Positions 40,218-52,800 of a stretch of 64,000 nt of DNA are shown here, piece after piece (position 1 is the first letter of the stretch; every line of letters begins with the position of its first letter). The notes under the pieces were generated by a model that ran no database searches, was not told the origin of the DNA, and saw nothing but the letters and a program-made list of their open reading frames with translations. This DNA is from Malacoraja senta (lineage: Eukaryota), in contig JAXLNO010000096.1 of assembly GCA_038087875.1 (NCBI GenBank), positions 1 through 64,000 of the forward strand, read 5' to 3'. Both the position numbers and the translations under genes were made by a program.

Positions 40218-40700
40218 GTGGGTGAGGATGGTTTTGGGTGGTTTTGGGTGGGTGAGGGTGGTTTCAGGTGGGTGAGGGTGGTTTCGGGTGCGTGAGGGTG
40301 GTTTTGGGTAGGTGAGGGTGGGTGAGGGTGGTTTCGGGTGGGTGAGGGTGGTTTCGGGTGGGTGAGGGTGGTTTCGGGTGGGTGATGGTGGTTTCGGGTG
40401 AGTGAGGGTGGTTTCGGGTGGGTGTGGGTGGTTTCGGGCGGGTGTGCGTGGGTGAGGGTGGTTTCGGGTGGGTGAGGGTGGTTTTGGGTGGGTGATGGTG
40501 GTTTCGGTTGGGTGTGTGTGGGTGAGGGTGGTTTTGGGTGTGTGTGGGTGGTTTCGGGTGGGTGAGGGTGGTTGAGGGTGTGTGTGGGTGGTTGAGGGTG
40601 GTTTCGGGTGGGTGTGGGTGGTTTCGGGTGGGTGTGGGTGGTTGAGGGTGGGTTTGGGTGCGTGAGGGTGGTTTTGTGGGTGGTTTCTGGTGAGGGCGGT
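40218..40700 (+). repeat. G-rich 20-bp minisatellite (GGGTGGGTGAGGGTGGTTTC)n
   Basis: About two dozen degenerate units. Confidence 0.9.
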
Positions 40701-40702
40701 TT

Positions 40703-41815
40703 CATAGAAACATAGACAATTGGTGCAGGAGTAGGCCATTCGGCCCTTCGAGCCAGCACCGCCATTCAATGTGATCATGGCTGATCATCTGTTCGATGAC
40801 GTTGAGCTTGGCAGTGGTAAGGCCTTCAACATTGAGCTGCAGTAGCGCTAAACCTCGACAGTTGGCGGCATTTAACGGTGCCACATGGCCTGGGGAGGCA
40901 TGGCTTTCAGCGGTCTGCAGACGTGGTAAAGACATTGGTTTCGCTTTGTGGGCTTATGATCCTGTAAGCTACTCGTAGAGGAGGCTGCGTAGAGGCTGTC
41001 TTTGACCAGATGGTCAAGACGAGATGGAGAGACCATCTAGGCTACACCATTACATCGATGACCCCCTGGGCGTCCCTGGCCAGGACCTGACCCGAAAGCA
41101 ATGGACAACCCTCAACCGCTTGAGGACAGGCATCTTGAGGACGCTATGGAGTAGTGATGAAGAGGTGGGGGCTCGTGGACAGCGAGCACCTCCTGCGAGT
41201 GTGGGGACCCAACACAGACAGTGGAGCACACATCGGCCACCGAACGGTGAACGAGGTATGATTGACCTGGACGATGATACGTTGGCCTGGCTCGCCTCAA
41301 CAGAGCTGCAGGTCTGAAAGACACACAACAGAAGAAGAAGATGGCTGATCATCCAACTCAGTATCCTGTACCTGCCTTCTCTCCATACCCCCTGATCCCT
41401 TTAGCCACAAGGGCCACATCTAACTCCCTCTTAAATATAGCCAATGAACTGGCCTCAACTACCTTCTGTGGCAGAGAATTCCACAGATTCACCACTCTCT
41501 GTGTGAAAAAAAAATGTTTTTCTCATCTCGGTCCTAAAAGACTTCCCCCTTATCCTTAAACTGTGACCCCTTGTTCTGGACTTCCCCAACATCGGGTTCA
41601 ATCTTCCTGCATCTAGCCTGTCCAACCCCTGAAAATTTTGTAAGTTTCCATAAGATCCCCCCCTCAATCTTCTAAATTCCAGCGAGTACAAGCCGAGTCT
41701 ATCCAGTCTTTCTTCATATGAAAGTCCTGACATCCCAGGAATCAGTCTGGTGAACCTTCTCTGTACTCCCTCTATGGCAAGAATGTCTTTCCTCAGATTA
41801 GGAGATCAAAACTGT
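40703..41815 (-). mobile_element. CR1 3' fragment interrupted by another LINE insertion
   Basis: Same family as 4626-5425, split at ATGGCTGATCATC. Confidence 0.8.
40790..41340 (+). mobile_element. RTE-like LINE insertion with inverted 5' segment and (GAA)n tail
   Basis: 13-bp TSD ATGGCTGATCATC (40777-40789 and 41341-41353). Endonuclease start LQLNVEGL on the minus strand, and C-terminal WTTLNRLRTG on the plus strand. Confidence 0.7.
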
Positions 41816-41946
41816 GCAGGTTTTTAACAGGTAGGAAAGTACGCGTTTCGTGTATTAACAACATATACTGGAAGCTGCGATGTCCTCCAGAGCAGCTCCA
41901 TGCGTCATGCCCTTTGACCCGGTGACCTTGCGTGCAACCCCCCTAT

Positions 41947-42394
41947 ACACACACACACACACACATACACTCTCAGACACACACACACTCTCAGACACGC
42001 ACGCACTCTCAGACACGCACGCACTCTCACGCACACTCACGCACGCACGCACACACGCACGCACACAGACTCACACACACAGACTCACTCACACACACAG
42101 ACTCACTCACACACACACAGACTCACTCACACAGACACAGACTCACTTACACAAACAGACTCACACAGACACACACAGACGCACGCACACTCACTCACTC
42201 ACAGACTCACTCACACAGACTCACTCACACAGACACAGTCACACACACACAGTCACACACACAGTCTCACACACAGTCACACACACACAGTCACAAACAC
42301 ACACATAGTCAAACACACACACAGTCTCACACACAGTCACACACACACACAGTCAAACACACACACAGACACACACACATTCACTCACACAGTC

Positions 42395-42448
<54 letters not shown>

Positions 42449-42462
42449 CAAACACACACACA

Positions 42463-42503
<41 letters not shown>

Positions 42504-42831
42504 GCACGCACACACGCACGCACACAGACTCACACACACAGACTCACTCACACACACAGACTCACTCACACAGACACAGACTCACTTACACAAACAGACT
42601 CACACAGACACACACAGACGCACGCACACTCACTCACTCACAGACTCACTCACACAGACTCACTCACACAGACACAGTCACACACACACAGTCACACACA
42701 CAGTCACACACACAGTCACACACACACAGTCACACACACACACATAGTCAAACACACACACAGTCTCACACACAGTCACACACACACACAGTCAAACACA
42801 CACACAGACACACACACATTCACTCACACAG

Positions 42832-42874
<43 letters not shown>

Positions 42875-42934
42875 CAAACACACACACAGACACACACACA
42901 CAGTCACTCACACACACACATTCACTCACACACT

Positions 42935-42978
<44 letters not shown>

Positions 42979-43006
42979 CACTCACACACACATTCACTCA
43001 CACACT

Positions 43007-43040
<34 letters not shown>

Positions 43041-43054
43041 CAAACACACACACA

Positions 43055-43102
<48 letters not shown>

Positions 43103-43262
43103 CACACTCACACACAGTCACACACACACACAGTCAAACACACACACAGACACACACACACACAGTCACACACACACACACACATTCACTCACACACTGA
43201 CACACACACACACACACAAACACACACAGTCACTCACACACACAGTCACTCACACACGCACA
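41947..43262. repeat. Complex (CA)n-derived microsatellite with higher-order duplication
   Basis: CA, CAGT and CAGA variants. The block starting near 42040 recurs near 42500. Confidence 0.95.
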
Positions 43263-43740
43263 ACCAAGACTAAAATGCTAAGTAACTTCAGAACGTGGTA
43301 AACATAGTGTGGAAACCGAATGATTCAAACGTTTAAAGTCTCCAAATTTGCAAACACTTTACAACCAATACAATTTCTGAAAACACACACACAGACACAC
43401 TCACAACCAATACTAAAACATTAACAACTCTCTGATTTTTCATCGATGGGAAAAAGCCTCCGGTCCAGCTCAGCGGAGGGGGACTCTGAGCGAGGTGGCC
43501 AAAAATCACGGCCGTAAGTGGCGGCGTTCTTTCAGAAATCACGAACCAGAAAGTCAGAAAGTGGTCAAGATCTTAGTTTTAGTAATATAGAAGATGAATG
43601 TGATGATTTTAATAACTCGGGAAGTACATTCGTGAAAGTATGTAGAAATTATAAAGTAAAACATTCAATTCCAAAAATTGCAACGTTGCACTTGTCAAAG
43701 TCCAAGCCTTCACTTTCCACTCTCTTCACAGTATTCATGT

Positions 43741-43803
43741 TTATGCTTTTACTGTTTCAGCATAGATGACAGATGACTCATCTTCCTTTGAAGAAACAAG
43801 GTT
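43741..43803 (-). CDS. Gene B terminal coding exon, ITIM-like VIYAET
   Basis: Polypyrimidine tract plus cag acceptor, phase 0. [20 protein letters not shown]. Confidence 0.7.
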   Translation of the reverse strand, partial: NLVSSKEDESSVIYAETVKA

Positions 43804-46800
43804 CTGAAAGAGAAAGAAATACCAATTGTATTTAAGACCGTTGCTGTTGTCGCTGTTTAGATCAGTAAACAGATTACAGCTTTAATTCATACTTGTACGA
43901 TCTGGGATTTCATCAACAAGAATCAATATACTTACAGTGCCTGATGCTTGATTGGAGGACAGTGTATTATCGCTGTTGCCTGTAATAAATGCAAACATCA
44001 CAATTAAAAATGACACTGGTGGATTATGTTGACAAAGGAAACGACAAATGGAATATAAAAGTCTAAAGCTTACTACATTTTGCTCTTCCTGACAGTAGAT
44101 CAACAAGACATAGAATTCCAGAAAACCCATCTGTCACCTGTATGCTCATACCTCTGCATTTACAGTGAGCTGCAGGAATGGTCAGCATGAACAAGACACC
44201 CTTATATTGCTATGGAAGGAATCGACTATAAATAAGAGAACTAGCACAGCAATTGACAGAGCAGCAGCCCGGGCAGGACATAAGCTATGAAGCTGCATCT
44301 GTGGCTGGGATAAGATAACATCAGAGAAGGGTCTCAAGATCCACCAAGGCAGGGAAAAGTGCCTGGGAGAGCTTGGTGAGGGGCCTCGCATTGACCATTA
44401 CCTTCTAAGAGGTAGGCCAAATCAGTCGAGTGAAGCCCAGTGGCAGGTTAACCACCGCAGTCCACAGGGTATCAGCACCCCAGGCGAAGCTCAACCAAGT
44501 AATGTCCCACCAACGGACACGGGTCCAGAGCCCAACCAGCCACAGTCAGCGGTAGAGAGGAAGATGGAAGGAAAAAAGCAGAATGGAGCAGTCACTGGCT
44601 GTGGCTGAATAGAAAAGATGCTGTCTGGGCTGCCACGTGACCATCTAGAGGCTAACCATAAGACACACACCCAGGGCTGATCAACCTGCGGTGGGCCTGC
44701 CTTGACTGAGGGTGTCTTGTGATAAAAGGCCGAAACACCCAGTGATGTTGAGGTACACAACAAGATGTGTCTGATTGGTAGCAAAATCACCCAGTGGTCT
44801 CCCCCAAGAATATTGGGTCAGTTATGGTGCAGAAACTTAGGGATTGTAACATCCAGTCCTACTAATCAATATCAAACATTTGTAATTCAAGGAAGATTGT
44901 GCTGATCACTTGTAGGTCAGTCAGGAGTTGTGCAGAAGAATGTTCTTCAGATGGACATAAATGGTGTCTTGGTTTCACTTCTCATCACCAACGACAATGC
45001 ACAACAGTGTTGTAACAGCAGCCTGGATGGCACTGGTTGGATCTCTGGAGTGGCTATTGTACCCATTCAGAGTAGGCTAGGGGACCAGAACCCACTTAGA
45101 GTAGGTTAGGGGACCAGAACACACTCCCTGTAGTTTAGGGGACCAGAACACACTCCCTGTAGCTTAGTGGACCAGAACACACTCGGAGAAGGCTGGGGAG
45201 GCTGAACCCACCCAAGAAGGTTGGGCTCCTAACTGAGCCTCAGCTGATTGTCCCACTTCATGTCGACGGACAGAGCGAGGGACTTTATCCCAGGAATGCC
45301 TGATGCTGTTGTAAAGTGGCCAAAGACAGCAGGGTTTCAGACTACTCAGTGCCAATAATCCTCACTGTGATAAAAGATTGAAACATATTTAAATAAAGTC
45401 AGTTTACCACCAGATGCTTTTGGCTGGAAGGAGATGGATCCATAATGAATACCTTCCTCTGTATCTGTGGAAATAAGTTGGAAACAAAGAATTTATTTGT
45501 ATTTGAAAAAGGATGATTTAAGTCAATGCAGGGTCACGATACGAAACGCTGATCATCGCTTTCCCTCCATAGATGCTGCTCGACCCATAGAGTATCTCCA
45601 GCAGTTTGAAAAAACCCTCCATGAAAAGTCACATCTCCTAACCTCCTTGTTTTGACTTCTTCCTGGGATGGTGGAAATTACAAAGAGAATTTGAGTTAAT
45701 TTGGATTGTGAAGTTTAGAAGAATGACAATGGTTCTCATGGAAACATAGAAACTTCCAACAGGTAGACCAGTCTGGATGTAGGAAGATGTTCCCTGTTGG
45801 GGGAGACCATGACCAGGGGTAAAGGTTTAAGACAACAGACAATAAGGATGAAGATGAGGAGAACAAAGAATCGGTTACATTCTCTACCACACATTTGTCT
45901 GGAGCCAAATCATTCAGTATATTTAGTAGTTGTTGAATTTATTGACAGATACACAACAATGGCGAGGTACAGGTACAATGAAAATGTTGCCTGCAGCAGC
46001 ATCAGAAGCATTTTGACTAAGGCAACACAACACATAAATGAAGCATAAATTACAAAGACCACTGGTTAGTGGAAAAATAGACTGCAAAACACAAACTAGA
46101 GACATCATGTGGACTAAGATCAAGGAATATGGGGAGATATGATCAACTGAGGTTCAGTTTAGTTTATTGTCATGTGTGCCGAGGTTCAGGGAAAAGCTGT
46201 TGTTGCATCAGCAGAAAGACAATATATGAATACAATCGATCCCTTTACAGTGGAACACAGTGGAATACAATTGATCCACACTGTGGAACAAGGTAAGGAA
46301 TTGATATTTTTCTCATTAAAACATGGGCAATGTCTGATTTATTGAAAGGTTCCCTCAGATTTTTCAAGAAAGATTTCTCTGTTGTTCATCAGATTCATCA
46401 GAAATGTGGTCTATATTCTGGCAAAAACAATACTGTCCACCATTTGACCACCAGGGTGATGGCTCGAGTCCCCCGACCGAGGAAGAACACAAGTGAAGGA
46501 CTTGAACTTTATTTCTCCTTCCATCACAGTGAGGAATGTGTAGGAGTCACTGTGGTGGATGTTCATGTTAAAATGTGTTTTTGTGTCTGTTGCTTTTTAA
46601 TTGTATGACTGACCTGGCCAGTGAAATTCCTCGTATGTTGCAAAACATACTTGGCGAATAAAATCTGATTCTGATTCTGATTCTGTCTAAGGTAGAAACA
46701 AAGAACTGCAGATGCTGGTTAATACACAAAGGGACACAAAGTGCTGGAGTACCTCTGCAGGTCAGGCAGCATCTCTGGAGGACATGTATAGGTGATGTTT

Positions 46801-49800
46801 CGGGTCAAGACCCTTCTTCAGACTCAAAAGAAGGGTCTCGATCTGAAACATCACCTATCCACCATCTATTAATGATGCTCAAACCATTCTGAAATGTTGT
46901 TGTTATTTTCACTTTAGAATAAAATCTGAACTAGTGGCAAAGTGAATTGGAGGCATTTAATGCTAGATGATATTTTGTGAAAGGGATGGTGACTTTTGAA
47001 AGGGCAAGTGTTGTCCATTCTTTAGAGAGCCACTAACCAAGCTGTTAATCAGGATCAACAATAAATTAGGAGTGTTAATATGTTGTTCATGGTGATGTCT
47101 CAACATTCATGGGTTGACCATGATAGTCCAGTGAAAATTAGTCAATTGACCAATGCAGAGTAAGACCTGCAGTTGGATGAGGAAGATTGGGGCTGAGGGG
47201 TGAATTGACACAAAAGAGACTGTTGAATTGATCAATTAGTTTGTGTGCCTGAGGTTCCCTTCCTCACATTCTTGTTACAAAACTGTGAAATGTGAAATAG
47301 GTTGCTTCATCAAATACAACACCTCTACAACTAGAGATTCATTGACTGAGTCATGTATTTACCTTCTTGCTTTGTCTTCCTACTCACAGACATATATTCA
47401 TCAACACGGCTCATCTCAGGTACTGGGGTCACATTAATTTCTGGAAAATAAATATTCTTTTCTGATTAAGACTTTAATCCGGCTAGATTTTAAAGAAGCA
47501 GCAATCCAGTGTATAAACTGTACCCCATTAATAATGAGATCCACCAGAATGACCAGGAACATGGCTTCAGATGTATGTCAGAGACATTTAATGGTGGGAT
47601 AAGACCATGTGTATAAAATCAGAGTCCATGGAAACACAGTGTTCCCTAAATTATGACCATATTAGGATGGTACACAAGGCAAAGTTTTCACTTTAAGTTT
47701 GAACCACCAAAGTGCAGTGGAGATACCTTGGTCTCCTGGTTTCCTGGCCAATATTCATCCCTCAGTAAATAGGATCATATTGAGGGCAAATTGGTGACCA
47801 TATTTTCTACATGATTACACTAGCTATACTTCAACTTCTGGCATGTTTATTTGATAATGGTTTACACAGGGGATGGTGACACAATCACCACGTTGTCAGA
47901 TCATTGCAAAACAGCACCTGAAATCATACAGCAGACTCCTCATGGTAACGCAGGTAGACAGGTAGACAATCCACATTGCATAAATAATGCTTTAATTGAA
48001 CACAAAAAGTCTGAAATTAATTTCTCAACAACATAAGCACAAACAGATACTTTTCTTATCCAAAATATATTGTTCTTTTCTCCTTGTAACAAAGATAACA
48101 TTGTCATTGATAATTTGGGGAATCTGTGCTGCATTAAGAATGTCATCATGTATTTTACCTGTAGGCTTGCGCTTTCTTTGACACCACACCACTGCCAGTA
48201 TAATGACGATGAGAACAGCCAGACTCCCGATAATTCCAACAATGATGTATATTAAACCGTGATTCCCTGTCAAAATATTAAACACAGAGTTCACATTTGT
48301 AGAATAAATGGACATCATTCAAAAGCTCCCCCAAAGACCAGGCATTAACCACACTGACTAATTTAGATCAGAAGTCTTGAGTTTAACTTGTGATCCAGAT
48401 TCACTGAGACACAAGGTACTGCAGATGAGAGTTTACCAATAAAAGACACAAAGTGTTGGAGAAACTCAGCAGGTTAGGCAGGTGACATTTCGGGTCGCAG
48501 CCCTTTAGTCTGAAGTAGGGTCAAGACCCAAAACCTCATCTATCCATGTTCTCCAGAGATTCCGCCTGACCCGTTGAGTTACTCCAGCACATTGTGTCTT
48601 TTTTTCCATAGATTAATTGACCTTACCCAGAAAGATCAGAGAGCCACAACTTGCCTCAGTAGCCATCAGTTAGAGACTGTAAACATTCACACAAGTTTCT
48701 ATTTCTTGGTTACAATCAGCTGACATTTCTCAGGCAGGAGATGGGAGCTAATGGTTGGTTGATAAAGTAGCTGATTCAGCTGTGATACTTCCCACTGTAC
48801 AGTGGACAAATGTCTATTATAGTCGGAGCCTGGAACAATGGTTGAATGAGCACTGCTGACAACAGAGTGGATATTGCCCTCCAGCTTCAATCCTCTCTAA
48901 CCAGGGGCACAAGAACTGTAAAGGTTAGAAATACTCAGCCGTTTGAACAGTATCCGTGGAAAGGGAAAAAAGTGAGTTCATGTTTTATGATGAATAAAAC
49001 TCAGATTGAAAGGAAGGATCTTTGACAAAAGACAATAGACAATAGGTGCAGGAGTAGGTCATTCAGCCCCTCGAGCCAGCACCGCCATTTATTTTTTGCC
49101 CTCAACATTTATTAACAAGACAAAGTACACATACAAATAAGATATACAAATCACACAGCAGCTGTCAGCATCACATCAGATCATCCTAGAGTTCTGTGGC
49201 AGAAGCATCACATTCACAGGCACCCAAGCAAGCTCATCATATTTAATCCTACTTAATATATAGTCACCCGTTATGTTAAACCAGACACTCGTATGCCACT
49301 AGAAGAACTTATTTTGTCATTGATCACCACTATGTGTGTACTTATACACAGTCACAATCATGTCTGTACATATGGTTCCAAATACACGTATACAATACCA
49401 GTCGAACTCCTCCCCTCCACTGGGGCTATGGAGAAATCGTGTCCTTAATCAGTCTTGGCAGTTGTAGTAATACCGGTGTCCACATAATGTTGAAAGCATC
49501 AGTCCTTAACTGGAGTTTAGCTGTTATACTATCCATCAAATATAGACTTTTCAGTCTTTCCCTCCACTGTTGAACATTTGGTGGCTTTACATTTCTCCAT
49601 GACACTGGAATCATCTTCTTTGCAATCAACAGCCACACCCCAAGCAAGTATGTCTGATTTGTGGTATCTATATTTTCTGGAGTCTCTCCTAGTATGAAGC
49701 ATGCCGGCTCCAGAGGTAGATCCACCCCCAAGATTAGCTTGATCTCCGCCTGAATGTCTCTCCAATATTTATACAATTTGGGACAATCCCAAAAAATCCC

Positions 49801-52800
49801 ACATTACGTCAGTAATAATAATATTCATTTCCAATTCCCATTTCTGTTTTGTTTCTATAGTGTTTCCTTTTACATAATCTTGAAGTTCTTTATATAAGTC
49901 CTGGTTCAACCAGATGACTGTTTGAGTACACAGCGGCATGCAGTAAAACATGACATAGATCTCGTCAACTAATACTGACTGATCTACAGTCAGATCAGTA
50001 ACAGAGGGAGGGTTATGGGTGGAAGTGGAGCAAGAACATAAAAGGAAAACTGCAATTGGAAGGGTTGGGAAATGAGTTGAAAGAGGGAAGAGAATAGGAT
50101 AACTGGGTGGTGGGATAAATGCGTGCACAATGAAGGGGGGGGAGAAGTGGGGTTCGGGAAGTGTCATTTGAAATTTGAGAATTCGGTATTCATAACAGAG
50201 TTAGACCACTCAAACTGGAAGAAAATATTCCACTCAAATTTCAGGATCAATAAGCGACATCAAAACTGAATCATGACTCTAAGTATGAAGAACAAACCCT
50301 TATCACTTACCACGGGGCTCCAGATAGTACGGGACAACAAGCCGGGGCAGGTCTTGATGAAACAAACCACATCTCCAGTTCCCTCTGCCTCTCTCAGCTT
50401 TCTGAATAACCAGACTCTGTGATTTCTCTTCCACAGTCAGTGTCTTTTCTCCAACACTTTTGCCATCGCCATTGATCCAAACCAGTCTCATTGACCCAAT
50501 GACGTGAGACACAGAGCAGGTCAGGGTAACGGTGTCTCCCTCAGTCACTGCATCAGACGGTTCAGCTGTGACTGTGGAAACAAGCAGTTTGTTTACATTT
50601 TAAACAATAAGTTCATCAGTAAACTCAGTGGCAACATTCTGACTCCTACCTTTCACTGTGATTAGATCAATGGTGGAAAATAGACGCAATTCCTCCAGAA
50701 AACATGCGTAAACTCCGGCATCTTGAAACAAAACGGGGACAATCCTCACACTGAAATCCTTGCCATCGAAGGGTTTCCCTGAGGTCACCAGTCGATTCCC
50801 GAAGTCGGTCCCTTTGACATTGATGGGCTGAGAACGTTCTGCAGATGCTATTACTTTCTGCTGTTGAAGGTGATGAGGTGTCCAGGTCCACTGAGCACGG
50901 GAATAGCTACGACCATAACCAGAACAAACCAGGTGAAGTTCACTGTGATCTGTGCTGGAGTGGTAAAGTGTGTATCTCCCATTAGATAAATCTGTATCAG
51001 AGAGACAGAGGATAACTCCTTTCAGTATTACAGTTACCGTGCCATACAGAGATTCTCAACCGTATTCTTATAAACATTCGTGGTGTTTTGTTCAGCTGAT
51101 CAAGTTTCAAATGTAACATCTTTCATGAATGCCGCACTAAACTCATCAGATCTTTATAAAGTACAATGTCCTGTAGGCAGTAAATTGCAGTGAAGTTTGG
51201 ATATTCCACTCTACATTTCAACATTAGGTTCGCCCCCACACCCGGACTGTCCGGGAATCTCCCGGGATGGAATGAAACCTCCCGGAGACTACCGAGAGCG
51301 GTCTGGGAGGTGAATGTCTCTGTCAGTCTGTCTGCAGGAGGTGGTGCAGGTTCAGGCTGCGGACAGAAGCAGCCCAGAGGATGCCTGCGTGGGGACTGAC
51401 CCGGACAGGTTGGCACTTCAAGTGGGTCGGGTCTTCCCGTCCCTTCATTCCCATTATTCCCACCATCCCTCTCCCATTCACACCCATTGATTCCCTGTCC
51501 TTCCCTGTTCCCGGGTCCTGCTCCCAGCTGAATGCTGATCCGAAGCCCGAGTCTGCAGCAGCTGGAATCACTTCAAGCAACACCAGACTTGGAGAGAAGG
51601 GTCAGTGAGGGGAGAGGGGATGGATTGTTGTTCAGTGCTGATGTGTGGGCCGGGACCCCCAGTGTGAGTGTGAGCAGCAAGTGCTGGTGGTTGTCATGGT
51701 GACTACACTTTCTATCTGACACTTTGACGTGAGTCCTGTATCAGTATCTCAGTCTCAGATACTGGAGCATTGATGGCAAGATAAACTGACAAAATACTTG
51801 ACTGAAGAATGGTTACAGAAAGACATCCCCTCCTGTGCTGTGTGTCTGTCACACAGAGACAAGCAGGCAGCTGCTCCACAGAGAGAGAGACTTTCTGTAA
51901 ACTTCTCCCTGATCATTGCAGCATTTTATACTGGAGAGCAGTTGGTCACTGCCACAGTTCTTCACAGGGCGCACACATAATATTACAAGAAGCACCGTGA
52001 AACAAGTGTCTACTTGATATCCAATGGGAGGTGTTTACACTTACACTTGTTTACAGTAAAATCTCCATTACTTGTGTGAACAATGTTTCCGTTTTCCTGC
52101 ACATCACACACATACAGCTTCCCATCCTCCACTGTAACGTGTTGAACCATCAGATAGACCGTGTTATCCAGGCGGATCTGATCAGTGTTGTTCCTGTTCT
52201 GCTGGGAAGAGTCCATGGGTCTCCAGTGAAGACTGACTGTATCTGAGAGTCTGGAGATGGTGCAGCTGAGTGTGACGTCACTACCCAGCAGAATGATCCG
52301 TGGACTTGCCTCAACTGTGAAAAACATCAATGAGATTCAGAGTGAGTAGTGGTTTGTACAAGTCAAGTCCCAGACAGGACAAGGACATTCTTGCTTGCTG
52401 CAGCACAACAGAATATTGTAGGCATAAATACAGAACAGATCAGTGTGTCCATGTACCATAGAATATATATATATACACATAAATAAACAGATAAAGTGCA
52501 ATAGGCTGTTATAGTTCACAGTTTGTTTGAAGTTGTGTTTAATAACCAGATGGCTGTGGGGAAGCTGCTATTTCTGAACCTGGATGTTGCAGATTTCAGG
52601 CTCCTGTACCTTCTACCTGAAGGTAGCGGGGAGATGAGTGTGTGGCCAGGATGGTGTGAGTCCTTGATGATGCTGCCAGGCTTTTTGAGGCAGCGACTGC
52701 GATAGATCCCCTCGATGGAAGGTAGGTCAGAGCCGATGATGGACTGGGCAGTGTTTACTACTTTTTATAGCTTTTTCCGCTCCTGGACGCTCAAGTTGCC

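Noticed and set aside
39837..40778. 313-aa and 282-aa Pro/His/Thr-rich ORFs
   Set aside because: They are translations of the G-rich minisatellite plus a CR1 tail, with no domain signal.
41880..42747. His/Thr-rich ORFs
   Set aside because: Read-through of the (CA)n microsatellite.
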